Source: Octopus sinensis
Lineage: Eukaryota
DNA: 64,000 nt
Assembly (NCBI RefSeq): GCF_006345805.1
Contig: NC_042997.1
Coordinates: forward strand, 15,810,001 to 15,874,000
Direction: 5' to 3'
Within the stretch, counting starts at the first letter, position 1; each line of letters begins with the position of its first letter. The notes under the pieces are model-generated. The model did no database searches and was not told the DNA's origin. It saw only the letters and a program-made list of their open reading frames with translations. The translations under genes and the position numbers were made by a program. Shown here in pieces: positions 28,868-40,999 of this stretch.

Positions 28868-30166
28868 TCTATCTATATAGAATTATTTGTCTGTCTGTCT
28901 GTCTGTCTGCTTGTCTGTTCCCTAAGCATTCTCAAACAGTTCGATCAAATCAAATCAAATTTTACAAAGTAATAGCATCAGACCTCGTGAGTGTCAACAT
29001 GCAATTTTGTTTTCGTTTGGATTAAAGCAAAATAACATTGGCACTGGTTCAGTATTACGTGTCAAAAGTGAAAGAATAAGATCTATATTGAAATGTGATA
29101 TAATATTGTTTCACTTTTATTCTTTCACTTTTAATTCTTATGTGATAACACTAAGATCATATTATTTCTATTATATTTAAGAGACTTTCTCAAGATCACC
29201 AAACGTATGCTACAGTACGTCAAATAGTCTCAAGAAAGAAGGGAGATGAGACTTTCTCAAGATCAGCAAAGGCATGCTGGTAGCACATCAGATGGAGTCT
29301 CAAGATGAAATTGAGATGAGACTTTTCCAAGATAAGCAAATGCATGCTACAACACATCAAATGGAATGTCAAGAGGGAAGGGAAATGATACTTTCCTAAG
29401 ATCACCAAACGTATGCTGCAACACATCAAATGTGGAAGTACTCCGTCGGTTACGACGACGAGGGTTCCACTTGATCCGAATCAACGGAACAGCCTGCTCG
29501 TGAAATTAACGTGTAAGTGGCTGAGCACTCCACAGATACGTGTACCCTTAACGTAGTTCTCGGGGATATTCAGCGTGACACAGAGAGTGACAAGGCCGGC
29601 CCTTTGAAGTACAGGTACAACAGAAACAGGAAGTAAGAGTGAGAGAAAGTTGTGGTGAAAGAGTACAGCAGGAATCACCACCATCCCCTGCCGGAGCCTC
29701 GTGGAGCTTTTTAGGTGTTTTCGCTCAATAAACACTCACAACGCCCGGTCTGGGAATCGAAACTGCGATCCTATGACCGCGAGTCCGCTGCCCTAACCAC
29801 TGGGCCATTGCGCCTCCACTACACATCAAATAGAGTTTCAACACAGAAGAGAGATGAGACTTTCTCAAGGCAACCCGAAGGAGGTGTCAAAACTTCAGAA
29901 GATGGGTCGTGTTAGATGCAGCACTGACCACCGCAAAGGAAGGTGTATCCACTGACAGCTTTTCTGTACGTTCAAAAATCACATAGCCCCTACTCCCAAT
30001 TTTTCATAACAGGTTAGGGTCTGGAATACTGCAAATGTCGCTTAGTCGAATTAGCCATATTTTGTCGTCAATATTGCACTTTCCCGTATCACCTGTTTCA
30101 ACATAATATAGTATATATTCAAACTATACTGTTTTAATCTCGAACAACGCCGGGTTTCTCAGTTAG
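28868..30166 (+). mobile_element. Non-autonomous Helitron-like element containing a ~68-bp minisatellite and a nested SINE D
   Basis: A|TC 5' end followed by a (GTCT)n tract; 3' hairpin CTCGAACAACGCCGGG then TTAG|T (degenerate CTAG). That both ends belong to one element is inferred. Confidence 0.55.
29432..29820 (-). mobile_element. SINE D, TSD ACACATCAAAT
   Basis: TSD at 29421-29431 and 29821-29831; interrupts a minisatellite unit. Confidence 0.92.
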
Positions 30167-30167
30167 T

Positions 30168-30180
30168 TATAATAATAATA

Positions 30181-30218
<38 letters not shown>

Positions 30219-30430
30219 TCGTTTATTGGCCACAAGGGCTAACAAAAATCAAATAAAAAATGTAAGGACAAAATACAGGACGAAAGTTACATTAATAATA
30301 ATAATAATAATGATAATTATCATTATAATAATAATAATAATGATAAAAATAATAATAATAATAATAATAATGATAATAATAATAATAATAATATAATAAT
30401 GATAAAAATAATAATAATAATAATAATATA

Positions 30431-30463
<33 letters not shown>

Positions 30464-30492
30464 TAATAATAATAATAATAATAATAATAATG
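30168..30492. repeat. (AAT)n microsatellite field
   Basis: Long imperfect AAT arrays. Confidence 0.95.
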
Positions 30493-31113
30493 GTGTTTCG
30501 TTCAACATCCTAAAGCAACCCTTATTCAAGGACCGTTTGAGCAGGATGGGCTACTCAACCTGAAGAAAATTCTAACTGGGCCCCACCTGCAAGGTCATGT
30601 GCTGTTTATCTTGATATGAGATCACCATGTCGCGCACATATGGTTGTGATGCATGTGCCTGGTGTACCTTTATCAGACGGGTAGTCATGATGGGTATATT
30701 GGGCTTCGTATATTTTACCCCAGTGTCACTTTGATGGCATGAACTGCTCTCTCACTCAATAATAATAATAATAATAATGGGGGAGCATCATAGCCATGTG
30801 TTGAGAGGGATTCTTTGGGGTTTGAATAATTCACCTCTGGAAACATGTGTGGTTCTTTCAACATCCTTAAACAACCCTTATTCAGGGACCTTTTGAGCGG
30901 GATGGGCTACTCAACCTGAAGAAAATTCTAACTGGGTCCCACCTGCAAGGTCATGTGCTGTTTATCTTGATATGAGATCACCATGTCGCGCACATATGGT
31001 TGTGATGCATGTGCCTGGTGTACCCTTATCAGACGGGTAGTCATGATGGGTATATTGGGCTTCGTATATTTTACCCCAGTGTCACTTTGATGGCATGAAC
31101 TGCTCTCTCACTC

Positions 31114-31143
<30 letters not shown>
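30493..31143 (+). mobile_element. Two tandem 3' ends of an unidentified (AAT)n-tailed retroposon
   Basis: About 270 bp near-identical between 30500-30778 and 30858-31143, each ending ctctctcactc(aat)n; the second copy extends further 5'. Confidence 0.7.
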
Positions 31144-31144
<1 letters not shown>

Positions 31145-31287
31145 TGACTACCACATTTACTTGCTTCACTCGTATTTTACAGCCTTGTTTTCTAACGTAG
31201 TCAACCAATATCTTCTGTTGCTGTGCATTTTACTATTTTTTCGCATGCTCGAATAATTTTTGTCAGCTGTTTGTTGTTCGGTGTAAG

Positions 31288-31674
31288 AGTGGAGGCGCAA
31301 TGGCCCAGTGGTTAGAGCAGCGGATTCGCGGTCATAGGATCGCGGTTTCGATTCCCAGACCGGGCGTTGTGAGTGTTTATTGAGCGAAAACACCTAAAAG
31401 CTCCACGAGGCTCCGGCAGGGGATGGTGGTGATCCCTGCTGTACTCTTTCACCACAACTTTCTCTCACTCTTACTTCCTGTTTCTGTTGTACCTGTATTT
31501 CAATGGGCCGGCCTTGTCACTCTCTGTGTCACGCTGAATATCCCCGAGAACTACGTTAAGGGTACACGTGTCTGTGGAGTGCTCAGCCACTTGCACGTTA
31601 ATTTCACGAGCAGGCTGTTCCGTTGATTCGGATCAACCGGAACCCTCGTCGTCGTAACCGACGGAGTGCTTCCA
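31288..31674 (+). mobile_element. SINE D, full length
   Basis: A-box tggcccagtggttag, B-box ggtttcgattcc, tail gtcgtcgtaaccgacggagtgc. Confidence 0.92.
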
Positions 31675-32136
31675 AGTTATAAGAATGTATATTTGTTTCT
31701 GGTATCGATGCATTAATCTTCTGTACGTCGTCGGAGCATTTATGACGGGTTAACAGTAGCTTCTTTTGTCCATTTTGTTTTCTGTTTCGTTGTTGTTGTT
31801 TTTTTTTTTTACAGCGTATATTTAGAAGACAGACTGACTCAGTGTGTTTCTCATAATCATTATATTATTTGAAATGAGAAGAACATCGAACAAAATGACG
31901 CCAAATTTGTGACTCTATGTCAAAGTTAGAAATCAGCAATAAATTTATTAAGGCTATGAAAAAACAATTTTGAACTATTTTATACAGTCAAACATGGCTG
32001 CCTTTACACTGTCGATCAACCGGCTAAAAACAGCTACCATATCTCCCTTATCACATACCCTTAGAAATCTTAAGGCGCGATTCGTAAAAAATGAGGAGAC
32101 ATTTTCATGGTTTGACTCCAGATTCACTTTGTCTTA

Positions 32137-32590
32137 TTTCTTTATTGCCCACAAGGGGCTAAACATAGAGGGGGTCAAACAAGGACAGACAAAGGGATTA
32201 AGTTGATTACATCGACCCCAGTGCGTAACTGGTACTTAATTTATCGACCCGAAAAGATGAAAGACAACTGGTACTTATATAATCGACCCCGAAAAGGTGA
32301 AAGGCAAAGTCGACTTCAGCGGAATTTGAACTCAGAACATAAAGACAGACGAAATACCTATTTCTTTACTACTCACAAGGGGCTAAACACAGAGGGGACA
32401 AACAAGGACAGACAAAGGGATTAAGTTGATTACATCGACCCCAGTGCGTAACTGGTACTTAATTTATCGACCCGAAAAGATGAAAGACAAAGTCGACCTC
32501 GGCGGAATTTGAACTCAGAACGTAGCGGCGGAAGAAGTACCACAAAGCATTTCGCCTGGCGTGCTAACGATTCTGCCAGCTCACCGTCTT
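32137..32590 (-). mobile_element. Multimeric SINE family A
   Basis: Internally repeated body and tail units. Confidence 0.85.
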
Positions 32591-33084
32591 TAGATTCACT
32601 TTGTCTTAGCAAACGACGAGAAGGTCACACCTAGAATGTCTTTGATCATGGGTCTGCTCACTCAGGGGTGCCCTTGGGTTAAAACCACAAGTACATTCAT
32701 TATATGAATCAACTTATAAAAGGCAATTAAATCAATATAAAAGTCAATCGTTAACAATTTCCCTCAAAATGTATACAACTCCGCAGGATCATGTTACACA
32801 CCAAAATTGTAAAGAAAATACCCGCATTATTTGACTGGGACAATACATGCCGACAGTTATTGCTGAGGGAGAAATAAAGATTGTTATTTTAACTGATTTA
32901 CGGACCTAAATCAACATAGAATGGTTATGTTAAGATTTGTAAGACAACATTTATGTTCGAAACAAATTTAGGCGGGAACAAGGAAGCAATGATTCTTTTT
33001 TTTATTTTATAGCGAAAACGGTAGAATGCCTTATAATTTTCTATTCCAATTCTTTCCATTCTGGTTAATATGACCAGACAGAGA

Positions 33085-33936
33085 AACCGCCACCACTACA
33101 CTAGTGTCATAACCGCCACCACTACACTAGTGTCATAACCGCCACCACTACACTAGTGTCATAACCGCCACCACAACACTAGTGTCATAACCGCCACCAC
33201 TACACTAGTGTCATAACCGCCACCACTACACTAGTGTCATAACCGCCACCAATACACTAGTGTCATAACCGCCACCAATACGCTAGTGTCATAACCGCCA
33301 CCACTACACTAGTGTCATAACCGCCACCAATACACTAGTGTCATAACCGCCACCACTACACTAGTGTCATAACCGCCACCACAACACTAGTGTCATAACC
33401 GCCACCACTACACTAGTGTCATAACCGCCACCATTACACTAGTGTCATAACCGCCACCACTACACTAGTGTCATAACCGCCACCAATACGCTAGTGTCAT
33501 AACCGCCACCACTACACTAGTGTCATAACCGCCACCAATACACTAGTGTCATAACCGCCACCACTACACTAGTGTCATAACCGCCACCACTACACTAGTG
33601 CCATAACCGCCACCACTACACTAGTGTCATAACCGCCACCACAACACTAGTGTCATACCGCCACCAATACACTAGTGTCATAACCGCCACCACTACACTA
33701 GTGTCATAACCGCCCCCAATACACTAGTGTCATAACGCCACCACTACACTAGTGTCATAACCCCACCACAACACTAGTGTCATAACCGCCACCAATACAC
33801 TAGTGTCATAACCGCCACCACTACCACACTAGTGTCATAACCGCCACCAATACACTAGTGTCATAACCGCCACCACTACACTAGTGTCATAACCGCCACC
33901 AATACACTAGTGTCATAACCGCCACCAATACACTAG
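33085..33936. repeat. 26-bp minisatellite, about 33 units, consensus AACCGCCACCACTACACTAGTGTCAT
   Basis: Head-to-tail units with an internal 10-bp palindrome ACACTAGTGT; no spacers. Confidence 0.97.
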
Positions 33937-34014
33937 CCCTTCTCCTCCTCGTCCTCCTTCTTATCGACATCGCCGTCGTCGTCATCATCATCATTATCAT
34001 CACTATAATTATTT

Positions 34015-34530
34015 TCTGCCAGCTCGCCAGGGCGGCGAATTGGCAGAAACGTTAGCACGTCGGGCGAGATGCTTAGCGGTATTTCGTCTGCCGTTACGTT
34101 CTGAGTTCAAATTCCGTCGAGGTCGACTTTGCCTTTCATCCTTTCGGGGTCGATAAATTAAGTACCAGTTACGCACTGGGGTCGATATAATCGACTTAAT
34201 ACCTTTGTCTGTCCTTGTTTGTCCTCTCTATGTTTAGCCCTTTGTGGGTAATAAAGAAATATATCAACACTATAATTATTTTCTTAGGCGGCGAGCTGGC
34301 AGAATCGTTAGCACGCCGGGCGAAATGCGTAGCCGTATTTCGTCTGCGTTACGTTGTGAGTTCAAATTCCGCCGAGGTCGACTTTGCCTTTCATCCTTTC
34401 GGGGTCGATAAATTAAGTACCAGTTACGCACTGGGGTCGATATAATCGACTTAATACCTTTGTCTGTCCTTGTTTGTCCCCTCTATGTTTAGCCCTTTGT
34501 GGGTAATAAAGAAATATATCAACACTATAA
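34015..34530 (+). mobile_element. Tandem dimer of SINE family A
   Basis: Two full copies ending in identical gggtaataaagaaatatatcaacactataattattttct. Confidence 0.88.
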
Positions 34531-34987
34531 TTATTTTCTTTCACGCTCTGTTTTCACTGCGCCAATGATTATGTTTGCTTTCTGAGGCGTTAAACGGATG
34601 AGAGGAAAATAGCCAACTGGATATGACGCCTATCTATCGCAGCTAAGTTTCCCCATTGACAGAACTCTACTCAGTGCTGCACAGATGCCAACGAACAACT
34701 TGTATATTTTCACTGCTACCACTGCTCAACGGTGAATTAAACCACGGAAAAATGTAACTACTTTCATAGGCGAGTTCATAGAAGAGTGTAGGTAATTGAT
34801 TAATCGCAGAGGGAGAGAGAGAGGGGCAGGGAGAGAGAGAGAGAAGGAGGGAGGGAGAGAATGAAAAGAGAGAAAGAGGGAGAATATATGTGAGATGTAT
34901 TGTTGGACTGATTGCAAGATGACCACCAAGGAGATGATAACGTGTGTGTATGTATAGGTATATTAAATTCTCTTAACTGTATACACA

Positions 34988-35031
<44 letters not shown>

Positions 35032-35073
35032 CGTGTGTGTGTGTGTGTTACTGCAAAGATATAAATATCTCTT

Positions 35074-35495
35074 AGGGCGGTGAGCTGGCAGAAACGTTAG
35101 CGCGCCGGACGAAATACTTAGCGGTATTTTGTCTGTCGTTACGTTCTGAGTTCAAATTCCTCCGAGGTCGACTTTGCCTTTCACCCTTTCGGGGTCGATT
35201 ATATAAGTACCAGTTACGCACTGGGGTCAATGTAATCGACTTAATACCTATGTCTGTCCTTGTTTGTCCCCTCTGTGTTTAGCCCCTTGTGAGTAGTAAA
35301 GAAATAGGTATTTCGTCCGTCTTTACGTTCTGAGTTCAAATTCCGCTGAAGTCGACTTTGCCTTTCATCCTTTCGAGGTCGATTATATAAGTAGCAGTTA
35401 CGCACTGGGGATCGATGCAATCGACTTAATCCCTTTCTCTGTCCTTGTTTGTCCCCTCTATGTTTAGCCCCCTGTGGGCAATAAAGAAATAGATA
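35074..35495 (+). mobile_element. Dimeric SINE family A
   Basis: Head followed by two body/tail units joined at aaagaaata|ggtatttcg. Confidence 0.85.
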
Positions 35496-36706
35496 TAAAT
35501 ACCTCTTAAAGAGATGTTAGTATCCAGTTTCCCCGGTGTTATCCAGTGTATCAGTGAAATACTAAAAAGATGTTTGCTTCTCATCGATGCAAATGAGTAT
35601 ATTATCATTATGAGAAAGGAAAATGGAGAAATCAACAGATAGACATCAATTTATTAATACAAATCCAATTTCGAATAACCTCAATTTCTTATAACCTACA
35701 ATTGTTTCCATGTTCAATTAATTCAAATTACAAATAATTAAATTAAATTAAATTAAAGATGCATTTTGAATATTGTGAAGTGAACGTTTCATCAGGACTA
35801 GAAATTGACAAAAAAAGGAATCACATCTTAATGGATTGATCATTGGTAGATTGATCATTGGTAGACCCAGTATTAATTCAAATGTGTGTGCGTGTGCATT
35901 CTGTATAAGTTGGACCGTTTTGTATGTAGACATATATACATGTTTATATGTTTCATATATTTAATGTACTTTATATATTGATCTGTTACACAACCACCTG
36001 AAGCATATTTTAAATGGTTTGTGATAACATGCAAAATATGTGTGTGTCTGTGTGTGTCTGTAAAAACACAGGTATATTACATTTATGTATTTGTTTCGCA
36101 AGATTCACTCTGCCAGAAATTTGCAAGCGACATGTTGTACTGCTTGGTATTTGTGTCGGAAGATCCAATACGAACATTTCAGGGTGTTTGGGTGTCAATC
36201 TGAGGACAGTGCAACCTGAGGACATGCATCGTAAGAAGCAGGGTTACGTAACTTATCAATAGAATTCTGCGAGTTAAAATTCGTTTCATTAACGGATTAT
36301 CTCATCAAGGAAAGATCTCGCTGACTTGCAAAGGAAGCTTATAGAGGCAATGTAGGTTTTACAGTGAAAAGAGCGATACTTAATGACAGAAGTATGTATC
36401 TCTCTGACCTTAACCACGCTGGTGTTCTCGATCTCACAGCTCATCATCAAAAAGTGTGATGCGCAAGATTTGTTACGTCTTTTATAATTACTGATATAAA
36501 GTATTGAAGTTAGTTAAATCAATGAAGCCAACCTGATGGAGGCCTTGTGTTCAGCTTAGAAACCATTGTTTTTAAACTGAAAAATGCGGGATCATATGTT
36601 ATTTTTCCTTTAGAGAAGTTCAGTGTGTAAAGAGATAGACTTGCCAAATCCAGATTATTTTGGAGGTTCACATTCAAGAAAACATGTGTAAATATAAGTG
36701 CTGAAG

Positions 36707-36764
<58 letters not shown>

Positions 36765-37136
36765 GTGTGTGTGTGTGTGCGTGCACATGCACACACACAC
36801 ACATTTAAGAATTGTCCGGAAAGTATGCAAAGTAAGCAAAACATTTATTAACTGACAGAGATCGTTCAAATTGCACATATTCTTAGAGTAACTTTTGAAC
36901 TAGATCACTTTTTGTACCCTTGAGCGAAGCACTTCATTTCACGTTGTTCCAGATCCAGTTGTAATGAGCCGGACTACTAGCGCAGTCCTCTTTCCTTCTG
37001 GCTATCATACAGATGTTCCTATGGATCATGGCTCAAGGAACCACTACAAAAGTACCTAAAAAGAGTTAGTGAAACACAGTACATTTTACAAGCCATACCT
37101 GCTGGTGACGGCTGGTTGTGTTGTATTATTTTTTTA

Positions 37137-37543
37137 GGAGCTCTCCGCCGGTTACGACGACGAGGGTTCCAGTTGATGCGATCACCGGAACAGCCTGCTC
37201 GTGAAATTAACGTGCAAGTGGCTGAGCACTCCACAAGACACGTGTACCCTTAACGTAGTTCTCAGGGAGATTCAGCGTGACACAGAGTGTGACAAAGTGG
37301 CTGAGCACTCCACAAGACACGTGTAGCCTTAACGTAGTTCTCAGGGAGATTCAGCGTGACACAGAGTGTGACAAGGCTGGCCCTTTGAAACAGAGGTACT
37401 ATTCATTTTTAGCCAGCTGGATGGACTAGAGCAACGTGAAATAAAGTGTTTTGCTCAAGGACACAACGCGTCGCCTGGAATTGAACTCGCGACCTTATGA
37501 TCGTGTGCCGAATGCTCCTAACCACGAAGCCACGCGCCTTCAC
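37137..37543 (-). mobile_element. SINE E with internal ~79-bp tandem duplication
   Basis: gtggctgagcactccacaagacacgtgt...gtgtgacaa occurs twice; short T-rich TSD-like flanks. Confidence 0.85.
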
Positions 37544-37717
37544 TATTTTTTAACAAGCCACTGATAAGTACAAATCTAGTCCAGCAAAAATCTCTGCGAT
37601 GTTGACTTTTCACAACTATTTGTGTTTGTCTGGTATATTATGTGTAAATGGGCAGAAAATTGGATCTCCTTTTCTGTGGAACTGTCCATTAAATTAGAAA
37701 AAAGCTGTTGAAATAAT

Positions 37718-38086
37718 CTTTACTCTTTTTACTCTTTTACTTGTTTCAGTCACTTGACTGCGGCCATGCTGCAGCACCGCCTTTAGTCGAGCAAATCGAC
37801 CCCGGTACTTATTCTTTTGTAAGCCCAGTACTTATTCTATCGGGCTCTTTTGCCGAACCGCTAAGTGACGGGGACGTAAACACACCAGCATCGGTTGTCA
37901 AGCAATGCTAGGGGGACAAACACACAAACACACACATACACACACATATATATATATACATATATACGACGGGCTTCTTTCAGTTTCTGTCTACCAAATC
38001 CACTCACAAGGCATTGGTCGGCCCGAGGTTATAGCAGAAGACACTTGCCCAAGATGCCACGCAGTGGGACTGAACCCGGAACCATG
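37718..38086 (-). mobile_element. 5'-truncated SINE C flanked by a 77-bp direct repeat
   Basis: 37641-37717 and 38087-38163 are identical except for one substitution. Confidence 0.92.
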
Positions 38087-38894
38087 TGTGTAAATGGGCA
38101 GAAAATTGGATCTCCTTTTCTGTGGAACTGCCCATTAAATTAGAAAAAAGCTGTTGAAATAATACAGAAAATAGGATGTTTTCTTGAAAGGAACGAACTC
38201 ACACAGTATATAGTTATCCCAGTTTATAGCCTCCAGTCATGATGAGCTTTAGATCTGGCTTCACTGCACGTGTAAAACAAAAAGTACTCCAGAGGATAAT
38301 AATGCACTGTGCTTCTTTACAGATATGCATTATCTGTTAAAATCCTTCATGAAAATATAAAAATCGGTTTGGAAAAAAATCATTGAGTCTATTCATTTTA
38401 TATGTCCTGACAACTGAATCACCACTTGTTCAAATCTTTTTTTTTTTTTTTTTTGGCGAATGGAATTCAGAACACTCAATTCTGAGTGAGGTGACTCATA
38501 TGTAGAATTATTTTCTAATCAAGTATTTGTGGTCCGTACGGAGGTAAGGATTTTTTTGTCGTGACCTAGATTCAGATCTGTGGGAAAAATTTGCTCTTTA
38601 AGATACCTTTCAGATATATTTACTTATCTTGACTAAGTCAATAAACAACTCTAGGAGGAATAAGTAACCGTCGTTGAAGCAAGCGAAAATATGAAAGTAT
38701 TACAAATAAAGTTCAACAAACAAATTCTGCCTCTTTTTTTTTTTTTTAAACTTGAACGCAGTCCTTAGTGAATGAACTGTTGCTTTCTTGAAACAAATAA
38801 AGATATCACAAAATACCTACACACCTTTATGCTTCCCGAAGACCTTATACCAATGATCTGTCAGAAATGATAAATGACTTAGCAGAAGAGGAGC

Positions 38895-39129
38895 TTACTT
38901 TTTACTTTTTACTTTTTTACTTGTTTCAGTCATTTGACTGCGGCCATGCTGGAGCAGCGCCTTTAGTCAAGCAAATCGACCCCGGGACTTATTCTTTGTA
39001 AGCCCAGTATTTATTCTATCGGTCTCTTTTGCCGAACCGCTAAGTGACGGGGACGTAAACACACCAGCATCGGTTGTCAAGCAATGCTAGGGGGACAAAC
39101 ACAGACACACAAACATATACACACACACT

Positions 39130-39161
<32 letters not shown>

Positions 39162-39326
39162 TACGACAGGCTTCTTTCAGTTTCCGTCTACCAAATCCAC
39201 TCACAAGGCATTGGTCGGCCCGGGGCTATAGCAGAAGACACTTGCCCAAGATGCCACGCAGTGGGACTGAACCCGGAACCATGTGGTTGGTTAGCAAGCT
39301 ACTTACCACACAGCCACTCCTGCGCC
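38895..39326 (-). mobile_element. SINE C, full length
   Basis: tRNA-like head (ggcgcaggagtggctgtgtggtaag; ggttcagtccc), CORE-like cttgggcaagtgtc, internal TA/TG repeat, AAAAGT-type tail. Confidence 0.9.
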
Positions 39327-39686
39327 AGATTGGTTTTTTTTTTTTATTCTTATGCAAGTGTAAGAGAGAATTTAGATGAGCTGTTGATTTCTGGATAAAA
39401 TTCACAGAATCATTCCCACTTTTTTTTTTTAACTCAGCGAGTCTTCAAAAAGTCTTATTTTTTTTTCTCTCTCTCTCTCTCTTTGTCTCCATATATTTTA
39501 TTGACAATGCAACTAAGCACAAGGAAGTTCCTGTAAGTTGATGACGACATGAGAGCAGAGTTGACATCAACAGCTCTTGCTGATGACAACACTTATTCTC
39601 GCGTTTCGCTGACACCAACAGGAGGGGCTCATTGACCTAATGAATTAGCAGAGAATGCAGCTGGCATTTTTGTTTGAATAAAAAAG

Positions 39687-39754
<68 letters not shown>

Positions 39755-39897
39755 TTTGTTAATTTGTTACTTTCATTGCCTTTTCTAAAAAGAAAAAAAA
39801 AATTTCTCTGGTAAATATATTTGACTTTTTTGTTTGATATACTTTCTTTCAAAATTTATTTTGAACTAAATTTTAATAAAATAAAAAAATAAATCAA

Positions 39898-40143
39898 TGC
39901 GCCCTTTTAAAGCCTAGCCAGGCTCATGGGCCCGGTTTCCCGGTTTCTATGACGTATGTGTTCCCCAGCTAAGTGGGACGCCAGTCCATCCCAGCGTTAC
40001 TCACTTTTGCTAGCTGAGTGGACTGGAGCAACGTGAAATCAAGTGTTTTGCTCAAGAACATAACGCGTCGCCCGGTCCAGGAATCGAAACCACAATCTTA
40101 CGATCATGGTGCTGACACCTAACCACTAAGCCACGCGCCTCCA
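39898..40143 (-). mobile_element. Hybrid SINE (head 2 / body M2 / tail T2)
   Basis: Head and body as in E/F; tail gactggcgtccc...gaaaccgggaaaccgggcccatgagcc as in G. Confidence 0.8.
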
Positions 40144-40328
40144 TAAACTTTAATAATTTATTTATTTTTTACACCACTACCACAATCATCATTACCAACA
40201 GTAACAGAAGCGACGAAGAGCCAACAGATGAGGAACCACAATCACACGCGCACCTACATTCAAATATGAAACTCTGCCAAAACCCTTATGAAAATTATCA
40301 TTTTTATCGTTAACACCAAAAACAGCTA

Positions 40329-40727
40329 TCTTTATATATAAAAGTGAAGTTGTGTGTCTGTCTCCTACGATTTAGATTCCTAACTACTCCTACATTTTGC
40401 GGTGCAGTTTAACCAAAACCGGGTATCTTATAGTCGTGATTCATATCGAGCCCTTCCGGGTATTAGTGCGCGTCTACGATGAGTCTACGATTTAAAAAAA
40501 ATTTACCATCATTTTTTTCCATTTTAATGCATTTTTTCGCTATCATATAAGGGAAGTAACTCTCTAAAAATGTCTACGATGAGTCAACGATTTAAAAAAA
40601 AAATTACCATCATTTGTTTTCCATTTTTAATGCATGTTTTTTTGCTATTTTTTGGCTATAACTCTCTAAAAATGCTTATATAGTTATTTCCTTTACAAAC
40701 CCGAGCAACGCCGGGCGATACTGCTAG
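40329..40727 (+). mobile_element. Non-autonomous Helitron, copy 1
   Basis: A|TC start, 3' hairpin CCCGAGCAACGCCGGG (40700-40715), CTAG|T end, no TSD; paralog at 51302-51696. Confidence 0.88.
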
Positions 40728-40999
40728 TTCAATATAAATTTTACTTAAGAACAAGTGGTGTCCCCTTGTTTACACAAGGGAGATAGTCATTTCTTCATAA
40801 TATTTAGCGGGATTAAAAGTTTGAATTTGAAATTAGGAAGTAAAAGAAAAGACACGTAGAATACACATATTTGATTTGTAATTTTTGTTGTTGTTGCTTA
40901 TTTATTATGAAGTTCTTAAAATTCTTAAGTCAGAGGAGAATTTGTAAATTTCCTTCATAAAAATCAGAAAGGAAATATTGAATATTGTAGCCTTAGATA

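Noticed and set aside
31288-31365. tRNA gene (also considered for all other SINE heads)
   Set aside because: A and B boxes are present, but there is no closed acceptor stem or clean cloverleaf, and each head continues into a repeated SINE body with a tail and often a TSD.
31423-31626. Recurrent ORF MVVIPAVLFHHNFLSL... found five times
   Set aside because: It lies inside SINE D; recurrence reflects copy number, and frames differ between copies.
33085-33936. CRISPR-like array (palindromic direct repeats)
   Set aside because: Units are contiguous with no unique spacers, there are no cas genes, and the context is eukaryotic.
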